From the IMG/VR virus record IMGVR_UViG_3300022602_000003, positions 24,093-88,092 of that record: DNA of 64,000 nucleotides; one strand, 5' to 3'. Under the pieces are notes generated by a model. That model saw only the letters and a list, made by a program, of their open reading frames with translations. It ran no database searches and had not been told where the DNA came from. The position numbers were made by a program, and so were the translations under genes. The stretch's first letter is position 1. Each line of letters starts with the position of its first letter. The stretch comes from a virus. This document shows, piece after piece, positions 19,477 through 30,847 of the stretch.

Positions 19477-19875
19477 CTACCTTTTCTGTTTTGATAAAGC
19501 TATTTTATTCTTTTCTTTGATTCGTTCTATTCTTTTTATTTCTCTTTTTGCGCCAAGCTCAGTCACTTTCTTTTTCCAAGCGACACCGTGTCCACTATTC
19601 GGACAAAGGATATGCGCATATTCATGAATAAGAGTTGATGTCGGTCTACCTGTCGGCGTCAACACATCTTTTGGTTCTATGATACAAATCCAGCCAAACC
19701 AGGGGTCTTTTGTGTCATTATGAGCGTGTGCTGCGGCATCTTCCCAGATTCCCCAAGCAACTCGTTCGTCAATGCAAGCGCCGACAAAGATGCCCCAAAC
19801 GACACCATCCTCGTCATTGAGACCGAGGTCGGTAGCGTGATATGGGTTCCCTGAGACAATCTTTGGCTTTGTCAT
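19477..19875 (-). CDS. SprT-like Zn metalloprotease domain protein
   Basis: LIHEYAHIL...HG..WK. Confidence 0.7.
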   Translation of the reverse strand: MTKPKIVSGNPYHATDLGLNDEDGVVWGIFVGACIDERVAWGIWEDAAAHAHNDTKDPWFGWICIIEPKDVLTPTGRPTSTLIHEYAHILCPNSGHGVAWKKKVTELGAKREIKRIERIKEKNKIALSKQKR

Positions 19876-19895
19876 AGAAATGAATCATATCATCA

Positions 19896-21592
19896 CTACT
19901 TAGTAACGCACCAAATTGCGTAGCAGAAGAACAAAAGCGCCCCAAAAGCAAGGCTTGAAAAAATAGTTGAGAAAATCGCTTCTTCTAAGTCAAAAGAGCG
20001 AGACTCCCAAAACTTGAAGCAAACTCCCGCCCAAGCGACAATTGAAACAAGTATTCCTATGAATCTAAACAAATGCATTACTTTCTCCTAATCAACATTA
20101 CAAAAAGCCAAGCCGTAAGAACTACAAAGAACGCCATCATTTACCGTAGAACGAAATGTGAAGCTCAAAAAACAAAATGCGCAAAGTAAACTCTTGCGCG
20201 CCACTAAGTCTAAAGAGCAAGCCGAACCCACAATTGCGCCAGTCCCAAAGAACCCAGCCTTCATACTTACCTCTACGGTAAAAGTCTTTGACGTACTCAG
20301 ACTTCATCTCTGGCCCTCTCTGTCTATTCTTCTCCATTGAGCCTCTCGATGTATCGTGTTAAAGATTCCTGAGATAGCAAGAAACACAAAGCGAATTACC
20401 CAAACAAGTATGAAGAACTTCGCGCCTGTTATTAAGCCATCGAAAAGCGATGTAGTGACACCTGTTCCCGCATGTAGTTTACGAAAGAAAACCACAATGA
20501 GCGTCAAAAAGTAGAACGCTCGTGATAAACGAAAAAATCTTTTTGTTGTCATATTCCTCCTGCTAAAACTCTAACCCAAACATCACTATCGGGCGATACT
20601 TTTTCTCGATTTCTTTTGAGAGCCGTAAGACTTCGCTCCAAGTGAATGCAATTTCAATTGGCTCAGACTCATAGTAGCATTCGCATGTCTGGAGGTCCCA
20701 CTTGCCCTTACAGTCACAGTAAAAGATTTCCCAATGGGTGAACTTACCAAAGCCTTCGTCTTCGTATGTCGGCCAAATGACGCAATGATGAATGCGTCGA
20801 ATTGGCTTTGGCTTGATGTCTTGAAGTTTAGACATAATCAATCCAGCCGTAGACCATCACGTGTTGCTCGTCAACCTTGACCGCGTTAATGCCTTGCTTA
20901 CGAAGCCAGTCTGCGACTTCTCTGAGCTCTCGTTCGAGGAAGTAGTGGTTGACCTCGCGGCCGTCGTCTCGCTTCCAAACGATGCTGATGGCTCCTTGTC
21001 GAAGTTCCTCGACTTCGTAGCCAGACCTTTCGCCAAGCTCGAAGAGCACATCTCCAATGTACATGTTGTCAAGTACATCTTGAACGCTTATCTCTCTTAC
21101 ATCCATGTTTTCTCCTTTGTTTCTACTAGCGCAAGCCAGCGGCTTGCTTGGCTTCCTTGAGCGAGAAGAACGAGCTTTGGTATTGCCCGCACCAGCGCAA
21201 ATCCCACATCCCAGGTTCGCTTGCGTCTTTCCAGATTTCGTAGCCGAACTCTCGGCTACGATAAACTCCGGCACATTCGCGAATCCAGTTTGCTTGACTC
21301 ATTAATTTACCTCCACGCATTGGAAGAACTTGAACTCGTTCATCCAGCACTGGATGACTCCGGCTCGAACATCTTGGCCTTCGACTGCTTCGTTGTTTTC
21401 GTTTGCCGCAACCGCTTCGTTGATTTGGTCGAAGTAGCAGTCCTCGACGACCTGTTCGCGATTTTCGTATTCAACCGCATCCCAGATGTCTTGCATCCCC
21501 CTGTTGTACCTGCCGAGGTCTCGGCATCCTTCTCGGTGAACGTGCCAGTAGAATTCTCCAGCACCTCCCACCACCACCAGCTTCTGGGCCAT
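19896..21592 (-). other. Cluster of about 7 small hypothetical genes, two of them membrane proteins (19896-20078, 20304-20552)
   Basis: Closely packed minus-strand ORFs with AGGAG-type ribosome-binding sites, downstream of promoter copy 2. Confidence 0.6.
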
Positions 21593-21627
21593 CTTCTCTC
21601 CTTTGCTCAGAATATCCCTACATAAAA

Positions 21628-21657
21628 ATTATATCATGAATATGCACAAATGTAAAA
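21628..21657 (-). promoter_or_regulatory. Repeated early promoter, copy 2
   Basis: attatatcatgaatatgcacaaatgtaaaa (minus strand TTTTAC-N18-TATAAT). Confidence 0.7.
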
Positions 21658-21670
21658 TACCCTAGCGCAA

Positions 21671-22325
21671 TTAAAATACCTGCATTTCCATCTTCCAGAC
21701 TTCGACGTTTTGCGCGAGCTCTTGCATCGTGATTTCGCTCCAGTCGACGTCGTCCCAGATGTCTGCGTGCTTGAACAATCTTTGAGCTTGAACGTCGCTG
21801 CACTGGACAGCCTCTTGAATCATCTTCTCAAAAGCATTAAGTTGTACATTACTCATCACTTCACCTCCATGACTACGTATGTGAGTTCGACATTGTACTT
21901 ATTCATGTGAGCGTCTACGCCGTTAGGCAGAAGATACTCAGACTTGGCTTCATGCTTGTTAGCAGCTCTTGCCGCTGACATTGCATGTATGAACCTGCGG
22001 CTTTTGTAGCCGCAGGAACATAATGCTTGGTAGCGAGTGACTGACTTCACTACTTTGACTCACTTTCGTAGACGTCGATGAAGTGCTTCTGTGCTTCTTC
22101 GAGCGTGTTGAACGAGATGTACTCGATGAAGTTGGGACCTCGTCCGTGAAGACGAACGGTGTACATTTCGCCTTCTCGTACGACTTGAATGATGTCCGCA
22201 AAGAACTTCTTGTTGTCGAATTCCTTGAGGTACCAGATGATGTAGTCCGGGCCTGTGTACACGTTGGAATTAAACTTCCAGTTGTAGTTGTACTCATTCA
22301 TTTCGAATGTATACGTCTTATTCAT
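21671..22325 (-). other. Three small hypothetical early genes (21671-21859, 21856-22050, 22050-22325)
   Basis: Overlapping stop/start codons. Confidence 0.6.
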
Positions 22326-22627
22326 TACTTCTCCTCCTTTGTAGGTGCTTCGGTCGTCTGGTCAAAGTGGAAGACCACGAAGGTGCGAGGTGCCATGCCC
22401 TTCTTTCCAGTCTCTTCGTTGATGGTCTCGATGAACTTCATGATTCGAGTTCCCTTCTCGCCCTTGCGAATCGAGCGTCCGGCGCCCTTCCACTGGTGGA
22501 AGCCCGCCCAGCCTCGCGAGGTGTCGAAGTCGTTTGCTTCGGCCGACAACTCGAGGACGAGAATGTTGCCACCTCGGTATTCGCGCTTGGTTACTTCATT
22601 GTATGGTGCTTGGAGCAGTGTGCTCAT
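22325..22627 (-). CDS. Stand-alone ArdC-like N-terminal ssDNA-binding domain
   Basis: YRGGNILVL...GFHQWKGAGRSIRKGEKG...VFHFDQT. Confidence 0.8.
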   Translation of the reverse strand: MSTLLQAPYNEVTKREYRGGNILVLELSAEANDFDTSRGWAGFHQWKGAGRSIRKGEKGTRIMKFIETINEETGKKGMAPRTFVVFHFDQTTEAPTKEEK

Positions 22628-22661
22628 TTTTTCCTCCTTACAGAAAAAACCTTACAAGACT

Positions 22662-22691
22662 ACTATATCATGAATTTGCACACTTGTACAA
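22662..22691 (-). promoter_or_regulatory. Repeated early promoter, copy 3
   Basis: actatatcatgaatttgcacacttgtacaa. Confidence 0.75.
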
Positions 22692-22702
22692 TCATGCAAG
22701 AA

Positions 22703-23435
22703 TTATTTTTCGACAAATGAGAAACTATCTTCAGGTAGACTTAGCAGAACATGTCGCCCGTCTTGCAAGTGAACGCCGATGTGCCCAGTCTCATCTCCAA
22801 ACAGGTTGACGTAAGTTATTGTGGCAAGTGTTCCTGGCTCAACAGTTTTGTCGTCATGCACATTCTTAATTGAGATGAGTTTTCCGAAGTACTTCTCTTG
22901 AATCTTGTCCATCATTGCACCACAGTCACATTCTTAGGAGTTGTGGTTGGGCAGTGATTGCCACATCCTGGGTCTGGCAACTTGCTCGCCGCATATCCCA
23001 TCATCGCGCCAAGCGTAAGCAAGATTGCGACAACGATGATTGTTGTAGCAATTCGTTGCAGCGTTCGCCGTATGCGTAGCTTTCGCTCGATGATTTGCGC
23101 ATTCTTAACCTTGTGTAGATACATTGAGTGGTCAATTTGCGGGTTCTCCTGGGCCTTGTAGGGCCTGTTTTCTTGACTCATTAGTTGGTTTCCTTTGCTA
23201 TTAATTGAAGAAGAGTGCGTATGACTTTTTCTAGATTCTCGATTTCTTCTGTCTTGCTCCTAACTGATGCCGCCGCAACTTCGAAGCCACTTGATGCGAT
23301 GGTCGACTCAAGATAGTTGTTCATTGTTTCAAGCGCACAACCTGTAAGGTCTTGCTGAAGTTTAAGGAGCGAGTCTTCTGCTTCCTTAAACGAGTCAAGT
23401 AGCCACTCAATTCTAAGATTAGGTATTGCATTCAT
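22703..23435 (-). other. Three small hypothetical genes (22703-22915, 22912-23181 with one TM segment, 23181-23435)
   Basis: Overlapping stop/start codons. Confidence 0.6.
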
Positions 23436-23824
23436 TAGTTTCCTCCCATCATTTGCTCGAAGATGCTAATCTCAAGTTGTCGTGACATTGCAGTGACGTA
23501 GACGTTGCTGTAGTAGTAAGGCGTCAAAGACCCATCGTCCTCAAATCGAACATACTGCACCTTGCGCCAGCCTCCATCGCCATTCATGATTTCTTCCATG
23601 CTGGCGTTTTCATCCTTGTATATCGCGTTGAAAACTTCGAGAGCCTCTCTAAGGTCTTCCTCGTAGACTCTGTGGTTTTCTTCGTAGACGTTTACTGGGC
23701 CGTAGCCTGAACTGTGGACCTTGAACTTGACTCCAGGGAACTTTTGCTTAAGCACTGCCCGAACTTCGCGTGCAAGCTCTACATTCGAGATGCGCACGAC
23801 TCGGTTGGTCTTTACTTCATCCAT
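23435..23824 (-). CDS. LPD29-like (large polyvalent protein-associated domain) protein
   Basis: ELAREVRAVLKQKFPGVKFKV. Confidence 0.6.
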   Translation of the reverse strand: MDEVKTNRVVRISNVELAREVRAVLKQKFPGVKFKVHSSGYGPVNVYEENHRVYEEDLREALEVFNAIYKDENASMEEIMNGDGGWRKVQYVRFEDDGSLTPYYYSNVYVTAMSRQLEISIFEQMMGGN

Positions 23825-23863
23825 CCTGGCCTCCTTTGCCGGTTGGTTTATCTTTACTAATTA

Positions 23864-23893
23864 ACTATATCACAAACATGCACACTTGTGAAA
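23864..23893 (-). promoter_or_regulatory. Repeated early promoter, copy 4
   Basis: actatatcacaaacatgcacacttgtgaaa. Confidence 0.7.
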
Positions 23894-23896
23894 TAT

Positions 23897-24511
23897 TTAT
23901 GAGATAAGTCTAGCCACTGAAGAACGTGAGAGACGCTTGCCGCTCGACGTTTGAATACCCATATTAAACAGGCGTTCTGAGACCTGAGAGAGGGAGAGAC
24001 CTTGACCCTTCAGCTTCTGAGCGAGCTCGACATCACGAGAGTGAAAGAGAGAAGGGCGTCCCAATTTCTTGCCGTTTGCTTTCGCCTGTCCAAGAGCTTC
24101 ACGTGTACGCTCCTGGATACGAGCACGTTCCCACTGAGCGATTGACGCCATAATGCCAACGACGAGAGCTCCTTCAGGAGTCGAGGTGTCGACGCCAAGG
24201 TCCAAGGCGATAAAGTTCCAGCCCTGAGTTTTTGCTAGTTCGAGCAAACGAGCGATGTCGCTCATAGAACGTGCAACTCTGTCCAGTTTTGCCACGATGA
24301 GCGTGTCAGCCTCACCAGCCTCGAGGCGACGCAAAATGTCTGAGAGACCAGGTCGTGAGAGTGGCGTGATGGAACCCGAAACTTTCTCTGGAACAAAGTG
24401 AACCAGCTCAAAATTACGAAACTCAGCCTCTGCTCGAATTCGCTTTTCCTGTACTTCAAGTGATAGGTCTTGCTTTTGCGTTGATGTTCGCGCGTACCCA
24501 ATTGCTTTCAT
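23897..24511 (-). CDS. Small serine recombinase (resolvase/invertase family)
   Basis: GYARTST (catalytic Ser), VAKLDRVARS, ERARIQERTREAL, GRP, C-terminal HTH. Has its own TTCGAC-17-TATAGT promoter at 24533-24561. Confidence 0.92.
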   Translation of the reverse strand: MKAIGYARTSTQKQDLSLEVQEKRIRAEAEFRNFELVHFVPEKVSGSITPLSRPGLSDILRRLEAGEADTLIVAKLDRVARSMSDIARLLELAKTQGWNFIALDLGVDTSTPEGALVVGIMASIAQWERARIQERTREALGQAKANGKKLGRPSLFHSRDVELAQKLKGQGLSLSQVSERLFNMGIQTSSGKRLSRSSVARLIS

Positions 24512-24546
24512 GAACCCTCCTGTTCAGGAACTACTATATCATGTTT

Positions 24547-24966
24547 TTACTTGATGTCGAACTCGTACTCGCAATTTGGACAAGTGATTGTTCGACCAGT
24601 CTTTGGAGCTTTTTGTGGAAAAATGCTCCAGAGAAAAGATTGAGTCGATTCTGTCTCTGGGAACCAGTTGGTAGTTGGCTTGTTATCTTTGTCAAAAAGA
24701 TGCTTCCAGAGGTAATTTGGGGTTTCGTCATCTTCTGCTTCGTTTTCGATTTTTTCAGTGTTTGCGTCATATTCGAGTGTTTTGACTCGTTGAGTGAGAG
24801 AGTTGATAGTTGTGACCAAGTTCTCACGTTCAGTGTCTAATATGTCGATTTGTGATGCAAGAGTCGCAACTGCATCAGCAAGTGCGTCTACGATTCTTAT
24901 TGTGTCATTTGCAAGAATAACGACATCTTTTTGATACGCGAATTTTTTCTTGTTTTTCTTAAACAT
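24547..24966 (-). CDS. Hypothetical coiled-coil protein with C-terminal CxxC
   Basis: AAGGAG ribosome-binding site before ATG 24966. Confidence 0.6.
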   Translation of the reverse strand: MFKKNKKKFAYQKDVVILANDTIRIVDALADAVATLASQIDILDTERENLVTTINSLTQRVKTLEYDANTEKIENEAEDDETPNYLWKHLFDKDNKPTTNWFPETESTQSFLWSIFPQKAPKTGRTITCPNCEYEFDIK

Positions 24967-25494
24967 ACAGCTCCTTTGGTAATTTGTAAACACATTAACA
25001 CGTAGAGGCCCCAGAATTTTTTTGTTGGAGTACAACACAATATCCTGTCTGGAGTTTTTGTAAACACCTTTTACACGCGTAAGAGCATCACGAAAGTATA
25101 TAGGGCTACACTTTGCGCACTTTCCTTTAAGATTTTTCCGGGTTTCTCACAGGCCTGGGCCCTGGGCACATCACTCACACTCTCATCTTGTGCGTGTACT
25201 AAAAACCTTGGATTGTGGTACACCAAAAAGCCTTGCAACTAATGGGCCTACTCTAGAGTAACGCCCCCACTCTTCTCTCTATACGCGTACGCGTAGAAAG
25301 TGCACACATTTGGGCGCTCTCCTGACCTACACAAGCCCTCTCTGGCCAGGCCCACCTGAGCTACTCTTTTGTTGCATTTTTCATTGAGCATTTTTCATCC
25401 ATGCTATCTTCTCATAGATAGGCACATATATAACACAATTGTATTACTTTTGTGTAGTACTACAGGGCTCTACATGTACGCGTAGGGCCAGTAG

Positions 25495-26166
25495 CTACCA
25501 CTTCCAGCCTGGGTACCTAGTCTTAGCATCTTTCTTATATGATGCTCTTCCTAGTAGCTCTACCTCATCTTGCATCTTTATAGATGATTTTATTTTCCAT
25601 TGTCCCTCTAGCCCAGGTGCACACTCTACTAAGCCATAGTGTAGCCAAGCAGTACGCACCACCTCTAGAATTGTGTATCTAGGATATGCATCCCAAGATA
25701 AAGGTGCTTTTGCTAGAACATTCTCTAGAGGCACATAATCATCTGTGACATAGCTACAAACGACAAATGTGCCAAGACTCAAAGCCATACTTGGGTCTCC
25801 AGAAAAGGCCTTTTTCTCAGGCCTTGATTCTTCAAAGCGAATAGGAACATGTCTCCATTTTGTCGCTTTTAACGCAAGTGTAAAAGCACGTCTCTCTTGA
25901 GCACGTTTGGTGACAAGTGACTTGAGACGACTTTTTCCTGTAGATGTCAATTTCAACATTTCTGCAGGACGTCCTCTTTTTGAAGTGCGTACTTGCGGAA
26001 TTGGCATCACACATTCATCTTCAACAAGGTCTCGAAGAACTTGTAAAATGCGGTGTGTGTCACCTTTGTGAGCACGAATAATTTCAACTTTTGAGACAGG
26101 TGTGCTTGATTTCGCAAGAATTTCAAGTGCGAAAATAAGTGACTCATCATATTTTTCTTGACTCAT
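25495..26166 (-). CDS. Hypothetical protein, possibly winged-helix DNA-binding
   Basis: 223-aa ORF; LRDLVEDE...KRGRP..LKLT resembles a winged helix. Confidence 0.5.
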   Translation of the reverse strand: MSQEKYDESLIFALEILAKSSTPVSKVEIIRAHKGDTHRILQVLRDLVEDECVMPIPQVRTSKRGRPAEMLKLTSTGKSRLKSLVTKRAQERRAFTLALKATKWRHVPIRFEESRPEKKAFSGDPSMALSLGTFVVCSYVTDDYVPLENVLAKAPLSWDAYPRYTILEVVRTAWLHYGLVECAPGLEGQWKIKSSIKMQDEVELLGRASYKKDAKTRYPGWKW

Positions 26167-26372
26167 ATTACACGTTCCTACACACTTTTCAAAATGTCGT
26201 TGTCTTACTCATAATTCTAATTTCCTAATTATATAAAGGAAAAAATTAACTATGCAACAACTAATTATATTTCATCAAAAAATATTTTTTTGAGGCCCTA
26301 AAACCTATACAGGCGTTGGAAATTTGAACTTGTGCTCTAACTTTCTACACTGCGGGTGGCACAGGCGAGGAA

Positions 26373-26411
26373 TTTTACTTGATAAGATGCTTCGCATCTT
26401 ATCAAGTAAAA
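26373..26411. repeat. Perfect 18-bp inverted repeat with a 3-nt loop
   Basis: ttttacttgataagatgc-ttc-gcatcttatcaagtaaaa. Confidence 0.9.
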
Positions 26412-26481
26412 AACGAGTGCGCGAAACTTGATATAAGCCTCCTTTTTCGTCCTCTTCTCTTTTTCATCCTGTCACCTGTCT

Positions 26482-26517
<36 letters not shown>

Positions 26518-26682
26518 TACCCCGTCCCTCTTCTTCCTTTTCTTATTCTTATGCATCCTGTTCGCAAGCGCAAGTGAGAGAGACACCTCAAAAAATATTT
26601 TGCGTTGATGATTTACTTTTATCTTGCATCCTGTTATAGTTGAATTCTCAGGAACAACCCGACGAAAGATGAAGGAAACAGA

Positions 26683-27165
26683 GTGACGCCTCGACAAACT
26701 GCTCGCTCGAAAACTCGTACAGCCTCTCGCTCTTCCGTGACTCCTGTTCGTTCCGCGCTTCGCATCAAAGAGGTCCGCGAAACTCGCGACTTGCACGAGC
26801 TTCTTCCGCCGAATTCCGAAGTCTTCATCAACGAATTCACGGACATCCTGTCTCGCATGGCGACTGGCTACTGGCCGACAATTCAAGTACCCGAGGGCTG
26901 GTATGGAGTGGTCGCTTCGCTGCATGTCGCTCTTGCTGAAATGTCTCCCGGCTATCAAGTCGTCGCCATTAAAAAAGAGAACGACGAGCTCTTTTACTTA
27001 ATTCGCATTCCTGACAATTCGCACGATATGACGAGCGAAATGTTGTCAGCGATAAGTATCGCCCGTGGCCGGTGTCGCGTCTTGTGTGAGATTTGCGGCG
27101 AGCCTGGTGACTCGATTCTGGTGTGTAACAACCAAGAGGTACGCTGTACAAATCACAGCAAATAA
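26683..27165 (+). CDS. Conserved-type hypothetical protein with C-terminal Zn finger
   Basis: GWYGVV..L...YQV..IKK....LFY...CEICGEPG. Confidence 0.65.
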   Translation: MTPRQTARSKTRTASRSSVTPVRSALRIKEVRETRDLHELLPPNSEVFINEFTDILSRMATGYWPTIQVPEGWYGVVASLHVALAEMSPGYQVVAIKKENDELFYLIRIPDNSHDMTSEMLSAISIARGRCRVLCEICGEPGDSILVCNNQEVRCTNHSK

Positions 27166-27186
27166 GTCTTCATAAGCAAAGGAGAA

Positions 27187-27516
27187 ATGATGGAGAAAGT
27201 GACAAAGGAAGAAAAGCAGAAGATTTACGAAGAGGCGACACTCATCGCTACTCGTACTTTGGCGACAATCGGTGCGAGAGGAGCTTGCTCTGGAATCTCA
27301 CAAATTGACTTCTTTTCAAAAGAACTCGAAGACATCCGCAAGGCAAAAGCAGTCTGCGACCGGTGCCCAATTCAAGAGACCTGTCGAGACTACGCACTTC
27401 GATTTGAGAACTACGGAGTGTGGGGAGGAACTACGGCGAAGGAGCGCAAGTCACTTCGTCAGAGTCTTGGCATCAAGTTCATCGACATCTTCTTCCACGA
27501 CTCGAGGTCGATGTAG
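27187..27516 (+). CDS. whiB: WhiB-family transcriptional regulator
   Basis: C...AKAVCDRCPIQETC..YAL....GVWGGTT..ER. Confidence 0.92.
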   Translation: MMEKVTKEEKQKIYEEATLIATRTLATIGARGACSGISQIDFFSKELEDIRKAKAVCDRCPIQETCRDYALRFENYGVWGGTTAKERKSLRQSLGIKFIDIFFHDSRSM

Positions 27517-27518
27517 AA

Positions 27519-28980
27519 ATGAGTGCAAACGACGTCGCTTGGAGTGTACGCATTTCTTTCTGGAATGCGTATAACCGGATAGCAATGCTTTTCGCTCGTT
27601 TAAGAAAAAAGCTTTCAAGAAGCAAAGACTAGCAAGTGAAAAGATTCCGAAAGAAGAAAAAGCATAATCGACCGATTTCGCATCTGGTCACTTTTTGCGC
27701 TATTTTGATGTCGCATAAAGACGAAAATGACGCTTTTACTCGAGGATATCGTAAAGCAATTCACGATGTCTTAAAGTTCATTCTTCTTGATGAATCAACT
27801 GCTGGTCCAATTGACTTGCATCAACCAGAAGAGAGAAAGAAATGAATGCCACCGCAACATGTAAATGTCTTCACACTTATGCTCAACACGAGTCGACAAT
27901 TGGCTGTACTCGTTGCGCCTGTCAAGAGTTCTCTGGTCTTCTCATTGTAAAGTCGGTGAAAAATGAAGATTTGTCGTAATTGCGGTCGCCTCATCTATTG
28001 GCTCAAGAGTGATTGGATACATGACGACGGCGTAAAGAATTGCACCGGAGGAATTGGAGAAGCCTCTCCAGAGTACGAAGAGAAGGGAGATATATGAACT
28101 GGTTGGCAATTGAAGAAATCGTCATTACACTGACTTTTGCCGCGATTTTGCTTTTTCTTATCGCTTGGACGACAAAAGAATGAGCGCAATTATTTACAAG
28201 TGTCACGAATGTAAGGTGGGCTTCTATCGCTCTGCTGACTATATCCGTCACCGCAATGCTCTTATTCACAAAAGCTCGGTACCTGTAAAAGGTTCGCCTA
28301 ATGAAACTGAACGAGAGCATCGCGAACGAATTAACACAATGCTACAAGAGGATGCACGGATACTCGGTTGGGAGTATGATTTTGATATTGACGGTAACGT
28401 GCTTAATATTCACGAACTTGAAAAAGGAGAAAAATGACAATCAAACCGATGACATTGGTAATCAAAAAGAGTTGCCTTGTCTGCTACAAACAAAGTGAAA
28501 TTGAAGTTGACGCTCTTGCGTACAACTCATGGATTAGTGGCAAAGTAATTCAAGAAGCATTTCCAGACATGCCAGCAGGTGAACGAGAGCTCATCAAAAC
28601 TGGCATCGACGCCGAGTGTTGGGAAGTCTTGTGTGATTTCGGATGAGTATCGGCTTCGAAGACTTCGACAACTTCGTAGAAAAGCACAACATTCAGCCAG
28701 AAGAACTGGGAGTAGCGTTTGCGGCATGGCTCTCAGGCGCAGGCTGGAACGGCGACTTCAAAGAGGTAGAAAAATAGACTTACCCTGGCAATATCAGGAC
28801 TGGTCGTATGAAACGGAGAAATATGAACGAGAGCAACGAAAAAATAGACAGTAAAGCAATCGTGCAAAACTTAAAGTCTCGCTTTCTTATTCCTGAAGAA
28901 GAGCTTGGCGATGACCCGGTGCTTTGGCGTCAAAATGACACCGTTAATCGAATAGCAAAGTATTTAGAAAAAGTTTTACC
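27519..28980 (+). other. Cluster of small hypothetical genes (e.g. 27636-27845, 28165-28437, 28434-28646)
   Basis: Consecutive short plus-strand ORFs. Confidence 0.5.
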
Positions 28981-28983
28981 GTA

Positions 28984-30705
28984 ATGAATAAAGAAGAACG
29001 ACAAGCACTTAGAGAAAAGCACAGCCAAGTCCTTGACGGATACGAAGGCGTATGTAATCGTTGCGGAACTTTATACAAATGCGACGTGATTAAAGTACTT
29101 GACGCTCTTGAGTTGCTAATTGGTACCGTAAGCAAGGTAGGATTACTTTATGACTGATGCCGAGCGTCAAGCACTTCTTGACTTATTAAACTCGTATTTT
29201 GATATGGGAATTGCGTGGACCGATGAAATGCGAAACAAATTTCCAACATGCAAATGCGGGCACAATGCTTATATGCATGACCACCCAACACTCTTTGGTC
29301 CGTGCTACTCGGGTTGGGCCGAGAAGGGCTCGATGGAATGTGATTGTGAAGTATTTGAGGAGAATAATGAAGAAACTACGCTGTAAATATTGCGACAAGA
29401 AAATCGCTTATGCGCCATTGCTAAAACTATGGTTCCATGAAAAGACTCATGACCCGCATTGCAAGACAACGAAAGCAGAACCAAAATGACAAGTAAACTA
29501 TACGAAGAAATAAGAAAAAAGCACACTCAATATCTTGATGAATGCGGCTTTTGCGGAGTTGAATTTCCTTGCGACGCGATTTTTCTGCTTAACAAATTGA
29601 TTTTGCTTCTTGACGAATTAGAAGATGCAAAAATGATTACGCACGGCTATGCTGAGCGAGTCAAGAGAAAGATGCAAAAGTAATGCCAAAAATTGTTCAC
29701 TACAATCTCAAAGAAAACGGCGACACTCCTCGTTGGGGCTTTATTTTTGAGCGAACTCACAAAAGGCGGCGCGTTTTTGCAAGTGTCGATATCTTTTTAG
29801 GCTATCATTTATTTGGAATTTCAAAAAGGAAAAGGTGGTAAGAATGACTGACTATGTTGATGTAAGAACCGATGCTTATGAGGCCACGTTCCCGACTCTG
29901 TATGAGGCTGAATACTGGTCTCAAAAAGTATTAGGCGAGTACCCTCCAATGGGCTATAATACAAGTTGCTCAATCCGCAAGCTCGAGGGAAACGCCTGGA
30001 GAGTGGATGTCAAGCGTTGGAACAGTTGCGACTGATGCACCCAGCAATTATCATTTTAGTTATCTGGGCTTTGGCTGTAATGGCAATAAGGAGAGACTAA
30101 TGACTACTGAACTAATCGAGAAAACCTGCAAGCACCAATGGTGGAACCTAGTCCATGTCACCTGCTGTATGAAGTGTGGCCAAGGGCGATGAATTCTACT
30201 GAACGACAAGAAATACGAGACAACCATCGTTCAGAAATACGAGGTTCTGAGTTGTGTTGTAGACGTTGTTCAGATGCCATCTTTGATGTGACTTATCCTT
30301 GTGAGGTCATCGATATACTTAATGCTTGGGAGAGGACATTATGACCCACGCTGAACGCAAAGCACTACGAGAGAAGCACAGTCAAGATTTGGAAATGTGC
30401 AGTTTCTGTGACGCAGGCCCACTAGGTAAAAATGTTGAATACCCTTGTGACGTAATCAAGGTACTTGACGCCTACGAGGAGTTTATAGTACCATTGAAGG
30501 AGAAGCAATGACTCATGATGAGCGCAAAGCACTACGAGAAAAACACTGGCCGCACCTTTGGCACGAAATGGAAATCTGCGACTCATGCGACCGTGAGTTC
30601 CCTTGCGACGCAGTTAAATTACTAGACTATCTCGACGTCGTCGAGCCAATGCTTAATTCAAATAGTGAGAACGTGAATGAAATTAACTGGCCCGCTGGCA
30701 AATAA
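28984..30705 (+). other. Mini-gene array including five paralogous H-CxxC-(P/K)C Zn-binding proteins (28984-29157, 29486-29683, 30189-30344, 30341-30511, 30508-30705)
   Basis: Shared pattern M..xER.ALREKH...CxxC...(Y/F)PC(D/E).I..L. Confidence 0.75.
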
Positions 30706-30724
30706 TGGTACAATAGTTATTCTT

Positions 30725-30847
30725 ATGTCAGAGTTCCCTACTATCGATTTTACAAATGGTGCCGTAGCCGTCACCAAAGAATTCACCCCAGAAGAAGCAC
30801 TTGCTTGTTCTTTAGAAAACCCCGAGTACTGCGAGGCATGCCAGTGA
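30725..30847 (+). CDS. 40-aa peptide resembling the C-terminal redox tail of ribonucleotide reductase alpha subunits, not in the ORF track
   Basis: MSEFPTIDFTNGAVAVTKEFTPEEALACSLENPEYCEACQ; TGGTACAAT extended -10 element at 30706-30714. Confidence 0.65.
   Translation: MSEFPTIDFTNGAVAVTKEFTPEEALACSLENPEYCEACQ

Noticed and set aside
23897-24511. Serine recombinase as an integrase or transposon
   Set aside because: Only 204 aa, lacking the large recombinase and Zn domains; no transposase or terminal repeats seen.
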